Part shown: positions 27,086 to 40,910 of the stretch, in pieces
How the letters are laid out: each line of letters begins with the position of its first letter
How positions within the stretch are numbered: the first letter of the stretch is position 1
From: Heptranchias perlo
Lineage: Eukaryota
NCBI RefSeq assembly: GCF_035084215.1
Contig: NC_090348.1
Span: 35,836,001 to 35,900,000, forward strand
Direction: 5' to 3'
DNA length: 64,000 bases
The notes under the pieces: model-generated
Databases searched by the model: none
Told to the model about the DNA's origin: nothing
What the model saw: only the letters and a program-made list of their open reading frames with translations
Translations under genes and position numbers: made by a program

Positions 27086-30000
27086 TAGTGTATAACTTGC
27101 CTGCTAGTTCCCTACTATAATTTCTCCAAGCCCTCCTGTGCTCCCCTGTCAATTGAGTGACATCTATCCTTATTTCAGTTGGCTGCACTATATTAGGCAT
27201 TCTAATTTATAAAACAAATCTAAAAAACTGAATACAACACTGAATGCTGTGTAGTTGAACACTTGGATGGAGTGGCTGTAGTTTCATTATTTTGTTTCAG
27301 AACCCTGGACAGTGACAATGCACTTGGGAAAGCATCTTCTCTATCAGCTTTCAGGCATTTTTCTTCTAAATCATTTTAATCTTTTAAACCAATGTATGTG
27401 CAAATTAAAAATTAAACTGGTGGAAATGAAGCTTACAAGGAACCTACAAGCAAAACTAGAAAGTGGCATTCCTTGAAATGTCAGGTTCACTTGTACGCCC
27501 GCAAGGAAAAGGAATACAACAATTAACACAAGATTCTCAACTATGCAAAACACCTATTTAAGAATTCCAACTACAGACACATTTTTCATTTCAGCCTCTG
27601 TTTCAAAATACTGGAAACAAACAAACAAACAATCTTTCAATTATGTAAAAAGGGATGGTAGCATATTTATTCTATAGGATTACTGTAAATGAGAGGGAAA
27701 ATTGGTAACTAGCACAGATTTAATAGGTTTGTTCAACTCATTGATAAAGTCACTCAGGTGAAGATTTGCCTTGGGTAGGGCAAATGATTTGGTGCAGCCA
27801 ATCACAGTAGACTCTAGGTTTACTATATGATTTAACTATTAGCACATTGTAATTTTGCTTAAAACCTCTGAGGAAGTGAAAATGCCAGTTTCTGAGTAGA
27901 ACTGAGTGACAACTAACTTGTCCTAAACATGGGATCACGTTCCTACTGCCACCCCCCACAAAATAGCTTTAGCGTTCATTAGTTTATGTGTTGAAAAGAT
28001 TCAATCCAAAATGTTATAGCAGACATACTAAACATCTGTACGTTTCTAATCAAGCATATTCATAAAGCGTTGATTCCTTCCTTTTCAACTCTCTCCTCCA
28101 CCAGTTATTTTACTTTCTGCAGCCTTGTTCAGGCCCTTAGTTGTCAGAACAGTAGGTCAAGTGTTTGTGCTCGTATCGTTCTGCAAATAGCTGTTAGTAG
28201 GTGCAGGTGAGTGGCTCTGGGGTTGCTTTCAGATTTGTCCTATTTGCTCTAGTTGACGAGCCATCCAAGATTGGGGATTTGCGTAGTGAAACATGGGGGG
28301 GCGGGGGGTGAAACCATGCCCTATTATGCATTGGTGCAGCAACATGCTGCCTGAACAAGCATCATTAGCCGGAACTTGTAGGGTTTTCTAATCGCAAATT
28401 ATCTTTAGTTTTTTTCCCCCCTTTTATCACAGCAAATACTGGTAATGCAAACAATCTATTCATTGCACTCAGATTATGCAATTTGTAAAAGGAGGGTGTT
28501 CAGGTAAATGTATAGTTTTAAAAATATGCACTGCAATATATAGCTTTTATAATCAGTCCTGTTCTTTAGATGATGGGTTAATAAACCATTGGGTAAGCTT
28601 CAACCCAGATTAATATCTGCATATTGCTGTTTAAATTATACTGCACCATTAAAGATGCTTCCCTCCTTAAAAAGTTGTAAATATATGGCACACTTTGCTT
28701 TCCCAGATTTCGCCATAGGAAATGTTAATAGTTAACTAAATTTGCATTTACTATTGTCCCTTCTATTTGGAGAAAGAAAACATTGCTTGTTCTAGATCAC
28801 CCAGCATCTCTTGTTGCACAAAACAATGAACACAGGACTATAAGGTGAGCAGACAGAAGTTATACTGAAGCCTGAGCTCCCCCAAGTGGATGAAACTGAT
28901 GGTATGTGCATAAGCAAAATAAAACACTAGTTTGAGAATTTAAATTTGAACAGTCTTCATTTTTAAATTTCCTGTTTTTATATAAAACAGTTCAGAGTGT
29001 GTAAAGTAAAACTATCACTGCTTCAAGTATTTCCCAATAAAACACAGCAGATATTAGCTAGAGAGGACTATCTTAATTTATATAAATTACACTTATCTTT
29101 GGTACAAGTACAGATCTTGTTTGCACTCAGCATCAGCTTAGCATAAAATATCTACAAATAATTATATTTTCAGTAAAACATCCTTAGCAATAACAACTTA
29201 AGGAAATAACTAGTAACAGCTCAGTGATTTGACTTTAAGTAGCTATCAAAACTAGTCTGTATTCCAAGTTACAGATCATAGGAGTTTCAATGTTTTAGTC
29301 CACAGAGATGATAGGAGTGACACAAGAATTTGATATCAATCTTTTAATGGGCATAAAAGCATTGCAGGTTCCAAACCAACATTTTAAACTAATTAATCTA
29401 TTTGGATATAGTGTATATAATGAGGGAGATGCACTTTGAAGAAGTGGGTTACGAACATTGTTACTTGATGGTTTTTAGTTTTGGAGTCAGGCCCAGAAAA
29501 ACAAGGAAATCCCTTCAAGGACAAACAAACCTTGCTCTTCCTAGCTTCATTGGCTCAATGTGAAAATACAGTTTAAATCTGTTTGAGGCATTCTATTTTT
29601 CAGTACCCTGAAAGTAATAGTTGATTCATGTATCTTGGTCTATAAAACACATCTGACGCAAAGATGAACTGATGAAAAATTTCAAGTACAAATAGGAACA
29701 ATAACAAAGTTGTAAACTTGTATGAGGCAGTTTAATTGTGATCAAACATTTTAAGTTCAAGTGTTTCATATGGAACTTGTTCTTCCAAAACGGTGAGAAT
29801 TTCTGATGATTATTGGAAAAGTTGAAAACAAATCCTCAAGTTATAGGTCAATGTAGAGAAATGCCTTTGACAGCTGTAGAATAATGAGGGGTTTAAATTA
29901 AAATATTCCTGTTTGCCAACCCTACAATGAATATGTAAAATTCAGAAATGGTCTAAAGGGATAAGCATAGGGCAATCAAGCCTCTTCCTCACATACATGA

Positions 30001-31277
30001 TGCAATCCACCATGGGCACCATTTTGCTTACCCCATCTCCTGACTGAAATCTCTTCATAAAGAGCCCCAAAGGAATTCTAGTAAAACTGCAGAACGTTCA
30101 ACTATCCCACCGTCACCACTGAATCCAGATCCACTACGATCCAAACAAACTGCAGTTTTTCTTTTCCTTACATCTGACTTTTACCCTTGTTTCAGAATTA
30201 CAAATGGTGGAGAGGCTCTACGGTCCTAACTGAATTACCTTTCATTTTAAAAGTATCTTATCTGTTGCATCTATGTACAGAAGACAAGATGTGCTGAGGA
30301 TATTGAAAGGGAAGGAGAACAAATACTAAATCAAAAGTGAAAGATTAGAAGGCCAGGCTATGCTGAAAATAGTTGGGTCTACAATGTACAGATGTCTTTT
30401 TGCTCCAGATATTGTCTGTGATTATTCTAATAATTAAACATTAGGGGGTCACTTTGGCAGAGTTGAAGCATTCCAAAATGGAAAAGCTGGGATCATGAGT
30501 TTGAGGACCACATGTATGGTTTCAAAGTATTTTGTATATTACAAGAGGAATACTGATGACATACTGTTACATCACGTCTAAAAGTTCAGTTTCTAATATA
30601 AGCAGTAAGTAAATTATTTTAAAGTGCAGAATGTTTCTGTGTGTTACCGGACTCTTATGTAGACATTAGCAGAAAATGAATGTATAGCTAAATCACATAA
30701 GCTATGGTTTAATGGTTAAGGTTAACAGTGCAAGTATTGAAATTCCTCACCTCCCAATATTGATCTTTGCTTAAAAAAAACGTACGAACAAATCATGTAC
30801 GGATTCCAACTTTTTGCACATCTGTTCTTTTTTACTTGGAATATAGTTATTCTGAAGGGAAAATTATATTATGACACACAGTGTTTCTTGGTAACTAACC
30901 TAACTTTGACTGTCTCAACTATACATTTCCATGTATGAAGTGTGTAAATGTCATTATTTTTCAAAATATAAATGTCACTTGCAGACACAAATACAGTCAG
31001 TCATACTTCTCATATTTGTCAACCAGTGTGAATAATATGCACACATTTCTTTGAAAAGATTCAATTTTGCACGTCCCCTTTCATAGGTTATAATACTTGC
31101 ATTATGGTGTCTATGCAAAATATGTCAAAGCATTTTATACAGTGAATTACATTTTGAAGTGCAGCAAACATTGTTACGTAAGCAAAGGAAAGTTAGTTGA
31201 GAGCAAACTGAAGTCTCCTAACCTGCTGCAAGCCAGATCTTTTTCCTTGTGTATTTAGCAAATGTCAAGTACACCAA

Positions 31278-31283
31278 TTTATT
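31278..31283 (-). terminator. Putative CDC123 polyadenylation signal AATAAA
   Basis: tttatt on the + strand ~340 nt downstream of the stop codon. Confidence 0.55.
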
Positions 31284-31619
31284 ACAACAAAACAAGTTAC
31301 AACTGAATTCATTTCAAGTTATAAAAATTTAATTTTACAGAAATCTATCATATTCATAGACTTTTTCAATAAAGGTTATCCTTCAGAACTATTCCACATT
31401 TTGTTCAATTTACTTCATAATCTTCACAATAATGTTACACCAGCCTCTCTTGCTAGATAAAACTAGGCAACTTTTCAAATTCACTCAAGTCAATATAAAG
31501 CTTTGTTAAGGTGAGTATCAAGGAACACCAAATGGACTTCACATCAAAGTCAATTCAACTGGTCTTTCATTTGCTTTACATTTATCCCAAGAAGACTGTT
31601 GCTGTAAACTGGAGGGCCG

Positions 31620-31661
31620 TTATCCCTCGTCATCTGAACTTTCTGGTTCTTGACTTCTTGT
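31620..31661 (-). CDS. CDC123: CDC123 exon 13 (terminal coding exon)
   Basis: Polypyrimidine tract, then AAG acceptor, then TRSQEPESSDDEG-TAA, an acidic tail like human KRNQQEDD. Total CDS 1017 nt is in frame. Confidence 0.85.
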   Translation of the reverse strand, partial: TRSQEPESSDDEG

Positions 31662-34600
31662 CTTATGTTGAAGGAAAAAAAAACATTTATAAACAAGTAT
31701 TAAGAGAAAGGATTTTTTTTTACAAATTGTATTTTTCTTTCCCCTCTGTTAGGCCTCTCCACAATATTCACTCACTGAGAGGGAAGATAGTCAACTTGCT
31801 AATACCATTTTTGAGCAAGTGCCTAGAAGGCCTGGGGTGACTTCTTTGGATTTTCTCCTTTCCTGTAAGCTGGAGGAGTGCTTAGCCTCCGCTCCTGTAA
31901 TTCCTATAGACTAAAAAAAATTGTGAGAGGACTGTAGGCAAGCGAGTCCATCATGGTCTGACAACTGCAGGATTTTTTAAGTTAAAAGGCTAGATTACTT
32001 GCTCATAATCAGCCAATTAATTTTGTCAGAACTGCAGGGAAGACAATATGATTTGTAGCACAATCACTGTACTATGATCAAATGTAGTGATTCGAGAAAA
32101 TTCACCATTTTCCTTCTGTGTCTGAAAGCAAAGACTATTATTTGCTACAGTGAACTACAACAGATTTACCTCATGATGGCAGCCAATGCCAGTCCAGGAT
32201 TCTCTGGTAAGATGTGATATTAATGAGAAAAGATAGATGGAGGCAGTCCTCCCCCCATCCCCCAATTTTTCCCCCCTCCTCATGATCTGATTGGAAATGA
32301 ATAACTCAAACTGGAGCTATGCCACTCCCCATCCCAAAAGAAAGAGTTTATTTTGCCTTGCTTATGACTATTCTTTTTATGTATGATATGAATTACAAGC
32401 TGGGTGTCAGTTATTTGACAGAACACTTTCTCTTTTGTCAATATAACTGCTTTTAATGAATATTTTATTTCAGTATCTGTACTCTATCCTCAATCACAAA
32501 TTTCTAAACAATATGTGAAGGAAAACTGTAAATATGATTTAAAACTTTCCATTTACTAGAAACGTACAAGTGTATAATATTTCACTTGATCGTCAAGATA
32601 AATCACTAGACCAAGCATGTTGGCATGCTGAAGTGCCCCAATTTGAATGCAATAAATTGTATATGAATTATAGTTAAATCTCTGAACACAAAAAGATAGA
32701 TAAAGCAGCTTGTGACTATGTATACAGTTATAACTAATGGTATATTAACATTCACTCATCTAGCTAATATACAGCTCTGTTCATCATCTTTGTTCCTACT
32801 CATTAGGCAAGAAGGTATATCCTAGTAACGCAGTAGCACTGGAGTCAATTACTGAAGAACATGGAAAGTCTGAGCCTAAATATTTTTGTTACTTTTAAAG
32901 AAACAGCAACTCGAGGAGTAAGCACTTGTGTATCCTGCTTGCTTTCTTCCCCACCAAAAAACATTTGAATGTATAAGTCATTAGCTTAGTACAGCAAACA
33001 TACTCCAATAACAGTCCATTTGGGTTTTCTTTGACTGCCCCTTTCCTAGTATTAGCTACAGTGTGTTTTTTAAATAGGACAGTTACTGGTCACTCTTGTT
33101 TTCTTAATTCAATCTCTACCTTCTCCAATGGTTCAGTGAGTTACCTTTGTTAATTAAAAACATATGCCTTGAAACTACACTGCGCATCCTTTGGCCTAGA
33201 TTTATATTGATGGTCATGTGAAATATTATGCACTTGTAATTGGTCTCAGACTACAGCTTATTAAAAATTTGAAACATGCACACAAGCTCTTCTTCCATCA
33301 CCCATTCCGCCCCAGCCCTACATCCTGCAGGTGTGACCAGGTCGGCAATAGACTTATTTCCAGGCCTCCACCAATGCCAGTGGTTGGCCAGTATAGCATT
33401 ATGAATTACCAATTCTATACTGAATGTAGTCTGTCCTATTTCAAGTGAGTTCACTGGCTTTGTGTGAGCTTCATCTGGTTATATAATGAGGCAAATGTAT
33501 CTCAAATGCACCCATTGTATTGCTCTTGTACAGTTTCATCATATTTACTTGAATCTTATTACAAGAAGTATAAATCTGACCCTGGCTGTATTAGTCGTCC
33601 CTGGAATTCTGATGGCAGTTCAGGTTTAAAACTGGAACTTTTAGCTTCTGTACCTCCTGCCCCTGCTTGGGGAATATTAAAGAAACTGTTACCCTCAGAG
33701 ACTGTCAAAAAGAACAGTGTGGATACTACAAGCCTAATGTCATTTATTTATACAAATAATTTATAGAAACAATTTGGTTGATTGCTCTAGCCTGTACAAA
33801 GTAGGTTTAAAATTTGATATTTTCCATCACACAATACACTGACACATAGTGGGAATCATAGTGCGCATTAGTTGTTAGATCCAAGCTACGTTATCTCCAA
33901 GACTATTTGAACAACAAAACAGAATTTGAAATAAAACTGCAACAATCAAGAAGCATCCAGATTTGGGACAACACATGAAGAAACGTTACCAGATGATAAT
34001 TTAAGAAAAAACAATCACATTCCAAGGCCACAAAATGCAATTTTTTTTCTTCCTCCCTAATTTCATTATCACTTCCGATTTGCATCTCTACCTGTAACTT
34101 AATTTGGATACTGCATAAACAGATACAAACAGCATCAACATCATCCAAACAACACAGTCCATTCTTAATTCAAAATTGCTTGATTCTAATTATCTGGTAA
34201 TTCATTTTTCATTAGCACTAAAATCCCACTTTGCAGTGTTTACATTGCTTAAATCGAAATGATTGGGTAATTCCAACCTTTTCTGGACAAAAAAGGACGT
34301 GAAGTTATCAGGATACTGTAACGAATCCTGAAACAATAACCTAAAGTCATACTTTAACTGGACTTCCTTCTGGGAGCTTATTACTTAAATACTTATTTTA
34401 TAATTGCTTCAAGTAAAGTTTGTCAAACTGGAAATCACTAAACTGAACCCACTAAAAACTACAGCAAAAGATCTTTGCTTGTAACTTGTAATAAAGAAAG
34501 CATTTAACTATTAAATTCCTGATACCTTAAACATTGCTCTTCTGAGCATGCACCACACAAATGAGTGTATTTTCTATTCTGAACTTCCCATCTACTAATG

Positions 34601-35242
34601 CCAAATTGTCAGATCAAACGTCAGGTCTGCTGTGCAAATTCTTGGAGTCTGCTACAAGTTGGCAATTTGGAGTCCACTATGCATGATCAGGTATTAAATA
34701 GAATTCTAAAGAAGAAATAAGACTCAACAACAAACTCTTGGCAATTTTACATTATTTTTTCTTCTCGCTTTGCTAACTTCCACTGTTGATTCCCTTTATT
34801 TTTGTTCTTTTGGCCATGAGTGTGGAACAATCTGCACCAACAATATCTCCTCAGTTCCCCTCAATGCCACTGTGCATTTGGTGGGGTATTTCTGCAGGCC
34901 ATAACCAGTTTAACATCTCCCTGAAGTCATGATCCAATTCTGCACATTGCTGCATTTAGCAGCCTTACTGGGAACTGACAAAATCTTAGGAAAGTTTTCA
35001 AGTTCAAACGATACTCAGTGCTGAAATTTGAACTCATATCCTTCTGATTAGGAATGTTTAACTCTTACCATTACAGATAACAAGCCAGTTTCCCCGTTCA
35101 TTCACTGTACATGAGAAGGATCTGACTGCCGTCATTTATTCAGACCACAAGAATTAAATTAGAATCCTGCAGATTTTTCAACTTATAGTTTTATCCTTTT
35201 TGTTAAAACAAAACCAATTGAACAGTTTAAAATTTTGCTCAC

Positions 35243-35380
35243 CAGTTTAAGAAAATCAATTAATTTATGAGCATCTTCCCCTGTCGACAAGTCCACAAAG
35301 TCCTTTGGCAGCCGATAGCTTAAGTAGGGACTAGGTTGTACGGTCATTTCACTTGTTATGTAGCGGAAGGCTGGAGAATC
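35243..35380 (-). CDS. CDC123: CDC123 exon 12
   Basis: Encodes DSPAFRYITSEMTVQPSPYLSYRLPKDFVDLSTGEDAHKLIDFLKL; 138 nt. Confidence 0.98.
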
Positions 35381-36279
35381 CTAGAAGTAATAGTAAACCA
35401 CTGAATCAAATCAGGAAGGCCACAGACAAAATGGAGCACACAAAAGAAGCCAAACTTTTCTTCTTCCCAAAACTTGTATTAGAAAAAAAAAGTTCAGCAG
35501 CTAAAACATGTTGAAATCAATTGACTAATGGCCTTGTGCAGTAATGAAGTTAATGACTACAACTCAATGATATTCACTGGAATGCAAAATGACTTCAAAA
35601 AGCAACATGTATTGATATAATGCCCCTCGAGCAGAGGAATATTTGAGAAGTTTATGGAAGGGGTGGGGATGAATAAGGAAGAATGATAATTATTATATGG
35701 AATTTGACCCCATCCCAATTTTAAATTGAATGAATTCACTCCTTGAATTGGACTACACATCAACCACATATAAGAACATGGCTAACCTCCTTCAAAAGCC
35801 TTCATCATTGCCACCCAATCAGTTGCTGGGAATTGGTTCAGGGACTATTTGTCCACTGAATTCTCTTCACAGATTTTTTTATTGCTGTTTGCTTGACTAC
35901 ACATTCTGATGTTGAAAAACTATTCATTTTTTTAAAAAAAAAGAACTGGTTTTGGAAAAAAAATCCAGCTTGCCCACTTACCTCCAGGTCATGATGCATG
36001 ATGCATGAGAAACACTTAGTTTTTAAAGGAAGTATGGAAGGCCTCAGTCACAAAATTAGTGATACCACCAACAACAATATAATAGTATCACTCAAAGGTG
36101 TAGATACAGAAATAATTATTCCAACAATAAAGTAGTGTTTAACTACACCAGCATTACTACACAACTGTTGAGTAATAAGTGAATGGTAGAGAAAATACAA
36201 TTTTAGACCAGAATTAGAGATGAACGAATCAGGAAATATCCTCTGCATCACAGACTGCCCACTTCCACCTCCCTACCTC

Positions 36280-36620
36280 AGTACCTGCCCCACCTCAACC
36301 TATCAATCGCTGAAACCCTCACCCATGCTTTTGTCATCTGACTCTTCCAATGCTCTTCTGGCCGGCCTTCCATCCTCCACCTCCATAAATTTCAGCTCAT
36401 CTAAAACTCTGCTGCCTGTATCCTATCCTGCACCAAATCCCACTCATCTATCACACCTGGCCTCACTGCCCACTGTTCAAATTTCAATTTTTCATCCTCG
36501 TGTTTAAATTCCTCAATGGCTTTGACCCTCTCCATCTCCATAACCTTCTTTAGCACTACAACCCTCTCAAACTCTCAATTCCTGACTCCAGCCTCTTGTG
36601 CATCCTCCCTTCACCCCATC
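36280..36620 (+). mobile_element. L2 LINE fragment
   Basis: Decayed AETLxHAFV..SNALLAGLP..QNSAA; similar to the 46250 copy. Confidence 0.7.
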
Positions 36621-36788
36621 ACTGTATTCTTGTCAAAATCTTATTCAATCCTTTCTTGCTTAATATTTCAATTCCTGATGCATTTTCTTTCTCAACTCTA
36701 GTTTGCAAACTTTTTATATCCCCGTTCTTCTCCTCTACCTTTTAAATCTGTGCTTTCATTGATTTTGAGCTCCTAAACCAATGATATA

Positions 36789-36950
36789 CATAGACATATA
36801 AACATAGAAAATAGGAGCTGGCAGCCATTCGGCCCTTCAAGCCTGCTCCGCCAATCAATATGATCATGGCTGATCCTTTATCTCAATACCATATTCCCGC
36901 TCTCTCCCCATACCCTCGATGCCTTCTGTGTCTAGAAATCTATCTATCTC
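36789..36950 (-). mobile_element. CR1 3' tail
   Basis: catagaaaataggagc..gccattcggccc..gcctgctccgcca. Confidence 0.8.
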
Positions 36951-37457
36951 ACATCCTCTATTGGAATAGATTAAAAATCATATTAGTCTGTGAAGCAATA
37001 GGAATTCATGTCAACTTGTATGTTATTAGATTCAGTGATTCTTTATCTCATTTAGAACTTTGCACAGCAATTGAGAAAAACAACATTAGAGAAGGACTGG
37101 AACACTGTCTTCTCACTTCAGGAAATGGAGTCTTCTGAGGTTGGGGCCGAGACATGTCATTGGGCAGAGTACAGGGTGCTTTACTTTGCACCAAACCATG
37201 CTATACCTGACTTGGAGTGTTTAACGCTAGCACTGGGATGCCCAACTGGAAATATGTTCCATTTCCAATTGCAAATATCCCTGACTTTGATGAGCATAAA
37301 TATTCAACAAACAAAAAAATGTTAGCTCCGCAAATCAGTGAAAGTTAGGATCTATGGATGGAGTTGCAAGTAGAGGGTAGCAGTCTCACAAAAATATATC
37401 CAATATCAAGAATTCATAACATGAATAAATATTCACTTAATCATTCACAACTCTTAC

Positions 37458-37574
37458 CGGATCTGTAAGGTCTCCTTTACTGATGTTCTGACCAGATGTC
37501 AGTTCCTCCCAGCTAAAAAGCAAGGAGTTGGTCACTTCCCCAAATGGGTTAAAATCTATAAGCCATACCTTGCC
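37458..37574 (-). CDS. CDC123: CDC123 exon 11
   Basis: Encodes GKVWLIDFNPFGEVTNSLLFSWEELTSGQNISKGDLTDP with the metal-binding DxN motif; 117 nt. Confidence 0.97.
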
Positions 37575-38270
37575 CTATGAAATAGATTATAGGAAAAGTT
37601 TAAAAAATAATCTTTGACAAAAATTTTAAAAAGTACTTTTGAGATACCAGATTAAAAAGACAGAAATGAATAGCACAGCAAATGAACAATCTATCGTTTC
37701 ATGGCTGGAACCTTATTCCAGCCCAAATTGATGGAATAAAAGTCTCCTCTCTCTTTATTGGCTGTAATAGCCCTTCATGAACTGAGTGTGGACGCTCTTC
37801 AAACAGTTTGTACGGGCATGGGTCCAAAATATACCACCACTCAATTTAGCAAGAGTCAGGCCATTAAAATGATATGGGTAGCACAGCTCTAGGACTACGT
37901 GGACCCCAAACCGTACAATATGGCCCTCAAAACCCAGGTAACTCAATCATATTTGTATATATTTCTTATGTGCTGATTTGTTCTGTTTGAGATTTATAGA
38001 CTTGGAGGTTTGAAAAGGGCTTTTTTTTTAAATGCTGCTGCCACACTTTCTCTCTCCTTCCCTTTCTGCACCAAACAACTCTGCCTCCAATGGCCAGTTT
38101 CAAAACACCGTTGGATGAAGCCTGCAATTAGCTCATCAGTACTTGGCCAGATTTGGTGAAGGAAATTCAAAAAAGGGCAAAAATATTGTTACAAAAAGGG
38201 GCAGGTTACCCTCAAAAGGTGAAAAAAATAAAAACATGACATTGTTACCGTTTCAGATGAGATTACATAC

Positions 38271-38299
38271 CTGACTGTCTCTGTATACATCAAACACAA
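38271..38299 (-). CDS. CDC123: CDC123 exon 10
   Basis: Encodes FVFDVYRDSQ; acceptor tttacag, donor GTATGT; 29 nt. Confidence 0.95.
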
Positions 38300-38761
38300 C
38301 TGTAAACAGAAAAGCGTAATACTGGATAAGATTTATGAAGCACAGGTAATGTCAAAAAATACATTTGTGAGAACATAACAATACTAGATAAAAAGATTGA
38401 GGTTACTTTCCAGGGTGGATAGACACCCAAATCAAGATTGTGGTGGATTACTTTACTGTTATATAATACTTCAATACACTGCCTATGTAAACTTGTCCAC
38501 TGTAGTTACACCCTCTCACCAATGATAGCCCTGTAGCACCTCAATTTTGCTCCTCAGCCTGAAACTCCTATGCTCCAACCAACTCTACCTCTCTGCTTCC
38601 CTATAGATATAGAGATAGATAGCTTTCTTGTATTTAATTACAACTTTATTCTGCAGACAATTAATATTAACATAAAAGTTAAATATAAAATAATTAGGAA
38701 ACTTAATACCACTGGTCTGGAACTTGAGGAAATCCAGAACTATTCTTTGTAGTCAGATGGC

Positions 38762-38985
38762 AGAGGGCTTTGGGGAAAGGGCAGGGAAGGGGGACTAATT
38801 GGATCACTCTTTCAAAGCACTTTCCAAAGAAACTGGATGTAATTTGGGGCCCCAAAGAACAAAATTATTAATTCAGTACCAAATTGTGAGCTATTCTGTA
38901 TTGAGCCCACAATAAATGGAATTGAGACAGACACAGTGGGTTGAAAGGCCTCCTTCTGTGCAGTGTCATTCTATGATTATATGAA
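38762..38985 (+). mobile_element. CR1 3' tail split by a ~110 bp unrelated segment
   Basis: ggggaaagggcaggg..ctaattggat..ctctttcaaag, a gap, then gggttgaaaggcctccttctgtg..ctatgattatatg. Confidence 0.6.
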
Positions 38986-39089
38986 ACCAAATACTGTAAC
39001 TGGTGAAATCAGTCTAATAGTGAATTCCTCAAAACCACTTTCCATTTTGTTTTTATACCCACAATGGATATGTATCGATCAATTCCATA

Positions 39090-39135
39090 TTATATATACA
39101 TACACACATATACATATACACACACATATACATAT
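39090..39135. repeat. Compound (TA/CA)n microsatellite
   Basis: tatatatacatacacacatatacatatacacacatatacata. Confidence 0.8.
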
Positions 39136-39939
39136 TTTGTGACTGAAGTGTTAAAATGGTTTCACACTGCAAGCTACCTGGATTTACAATTAGGAATCTG
39201 ATTATAGATAATAGAAACAAGAGGATACAAATAGAAACAATGCCATCTACTCCAATATACTTGCAGAAAGTAAGAATGGAGACACTACAAATGCATTATT
39301 GGCCTACAGAAACTGGTATATTGTCACCATCTTTATCAGTGAATGTCACCTATTTTTTTTTTTAGGAACTGGAATTTAAGAATGCCACTGAATATCTTAA
39401 CCTAAGGACCTTAAATCTGTGCTAATTTATTCAGCATGGGCTTGTCATGAGTTTGTAGATGGTATTCTAACAGCTGCACTGCACTGGTAAAACTCTACAT
39501 TTGCCAATGTAATACGCCGCATTGATCAGTCAGAAAAGACCATGATAATGTAATTACATAAGTAGGATTTTGTAAAGGTTATTGAAAATCTAAATTAACC
39601 TTTTATTTCAAAGCAGACTAAGATATTTATTAGAATAATTTAATTGCTTCTCATACTCCACTTCTAAATAGTTTTACCCTCTCCATTCTGCAATGCCTGA
39701 TTCTCTCCCCCCCGTAAGCTGTCAACTGTTTGGCTTTACTGTGAATTTCCAGAGCACATTAGCTCATATACCGAGAGGCAATCATTTAACTGTAGTGCGA
39801 TAAGGTTTCGGTTATGTTATATTGATAGTTATTTATTGCTGGTACATTAAAAAACAAATTACATAGAATAATTTTTCTTACACTTTCCAACTATTGGAAG
39901 GGAATCAACATACAATATGTCCAATGTATATGTGAATAT

Positions 39940-40101
39940 ATTTAAGAAGGATCTAGATAGATTTCTAGACACAAAAGGCATCAAGGGGTATGGGAGAGAG
40001 TGGGAATATGGTATTGAGAAAGAGGATCAGCCTTGATCATACTGAATGGTGGAGCAGGCTCGAAGGGCCGAATGGCCTACTCCTGCTCCTATTTTCTATG
40101 T
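39940..40101 (+). mobile_element. CR1 3' tail
   Basis: ggagcaggctcgaagggccgaatggcctactcctgctcctattttctatg. Confidence 0.85.
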
Positions 40102-40619
40102 TAAATAAAAGATTCAGATCAGATTAATCACAAGATAAACTTGCATCTTCCTTCCTATGCTTAAAAATTTCTTCTTCCATTGAGTATTTTGACATTCCAC
40201 ACATTATAAAAAGGAGTTTAACACATCTTATATTCCGAAAGTATTGATAAATTACTTGAGCTTTAGCTCCATATGAAGTTTAGTGTGCACATTAGAACAT
40301 CAGTGACTACACAGAATCTATACTTGAGGAGTCTGTTGCTGAAACCAGTCTTATCGGTACATATCTAGTATGAACATTGTTTTCTGGACAGCATGTGTGT
40401 TTGAAAAGGAATAAAAACATATTTAAAACTTAAATGGATACTGTAAGAATAAATGGAGATTTATAAAATATAGGTAATAGTAGTGGCAGCAACTGTACAC
40501 TAAGTGATTCCAGAACTGCTGAGGGAAATAAATGAAGTGCTACTATATCCTGCTTCAGCCTGGGTACTGTATGTGTACAAGCTTGGCATTTTTTTTTTAA
40601 AAAGACAAAAGATACTTAC

Positions 40620-40742
40620 AATCCTCATCCAAGAATTTATACTGTATTTGATTTCTAAAGAAATCTATTATGGAACTAAGAATATTGGCTTCTTGGTTAC
40701 AGACGTGGTCATAGTACTGAGTGTAGTCTCTCTGTGCAATCC
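40620..40742 (-). CDS. CDC123: CDC123 exon 9
   Basis: Encodes IAQRDYTQYYDHVCNQEANILSSIIDFFRNQIQYKFLDED; 123 nt, after a 92-nt intron. Confidence 0.97.
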
Positions 40743-40834
40743 CTGCCAGAAACAATGGCATGAAAATTTAAGTCAGTTTCTTAGTAGTTGGCTATTTCTT
40801 ACTTAAACAGTTGCAATTGTTTTTAGCACAGTAC

Positions 40835-40910
40835 CTATCAGTTTATTTTCTTTGACAAAACATCTGAACTCCCCTCCAGGAATTAGTTCACACCATTTCC
40901 TGAGAACAAG
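40835..40910 (-). CDS. CDC123: CDC123 exon 8
   Basis: Encodes LVLRKWCELIPGGEFRCFVKENKLIG with the EFRCFV motif; 76 nt. Confidence 0.98.
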
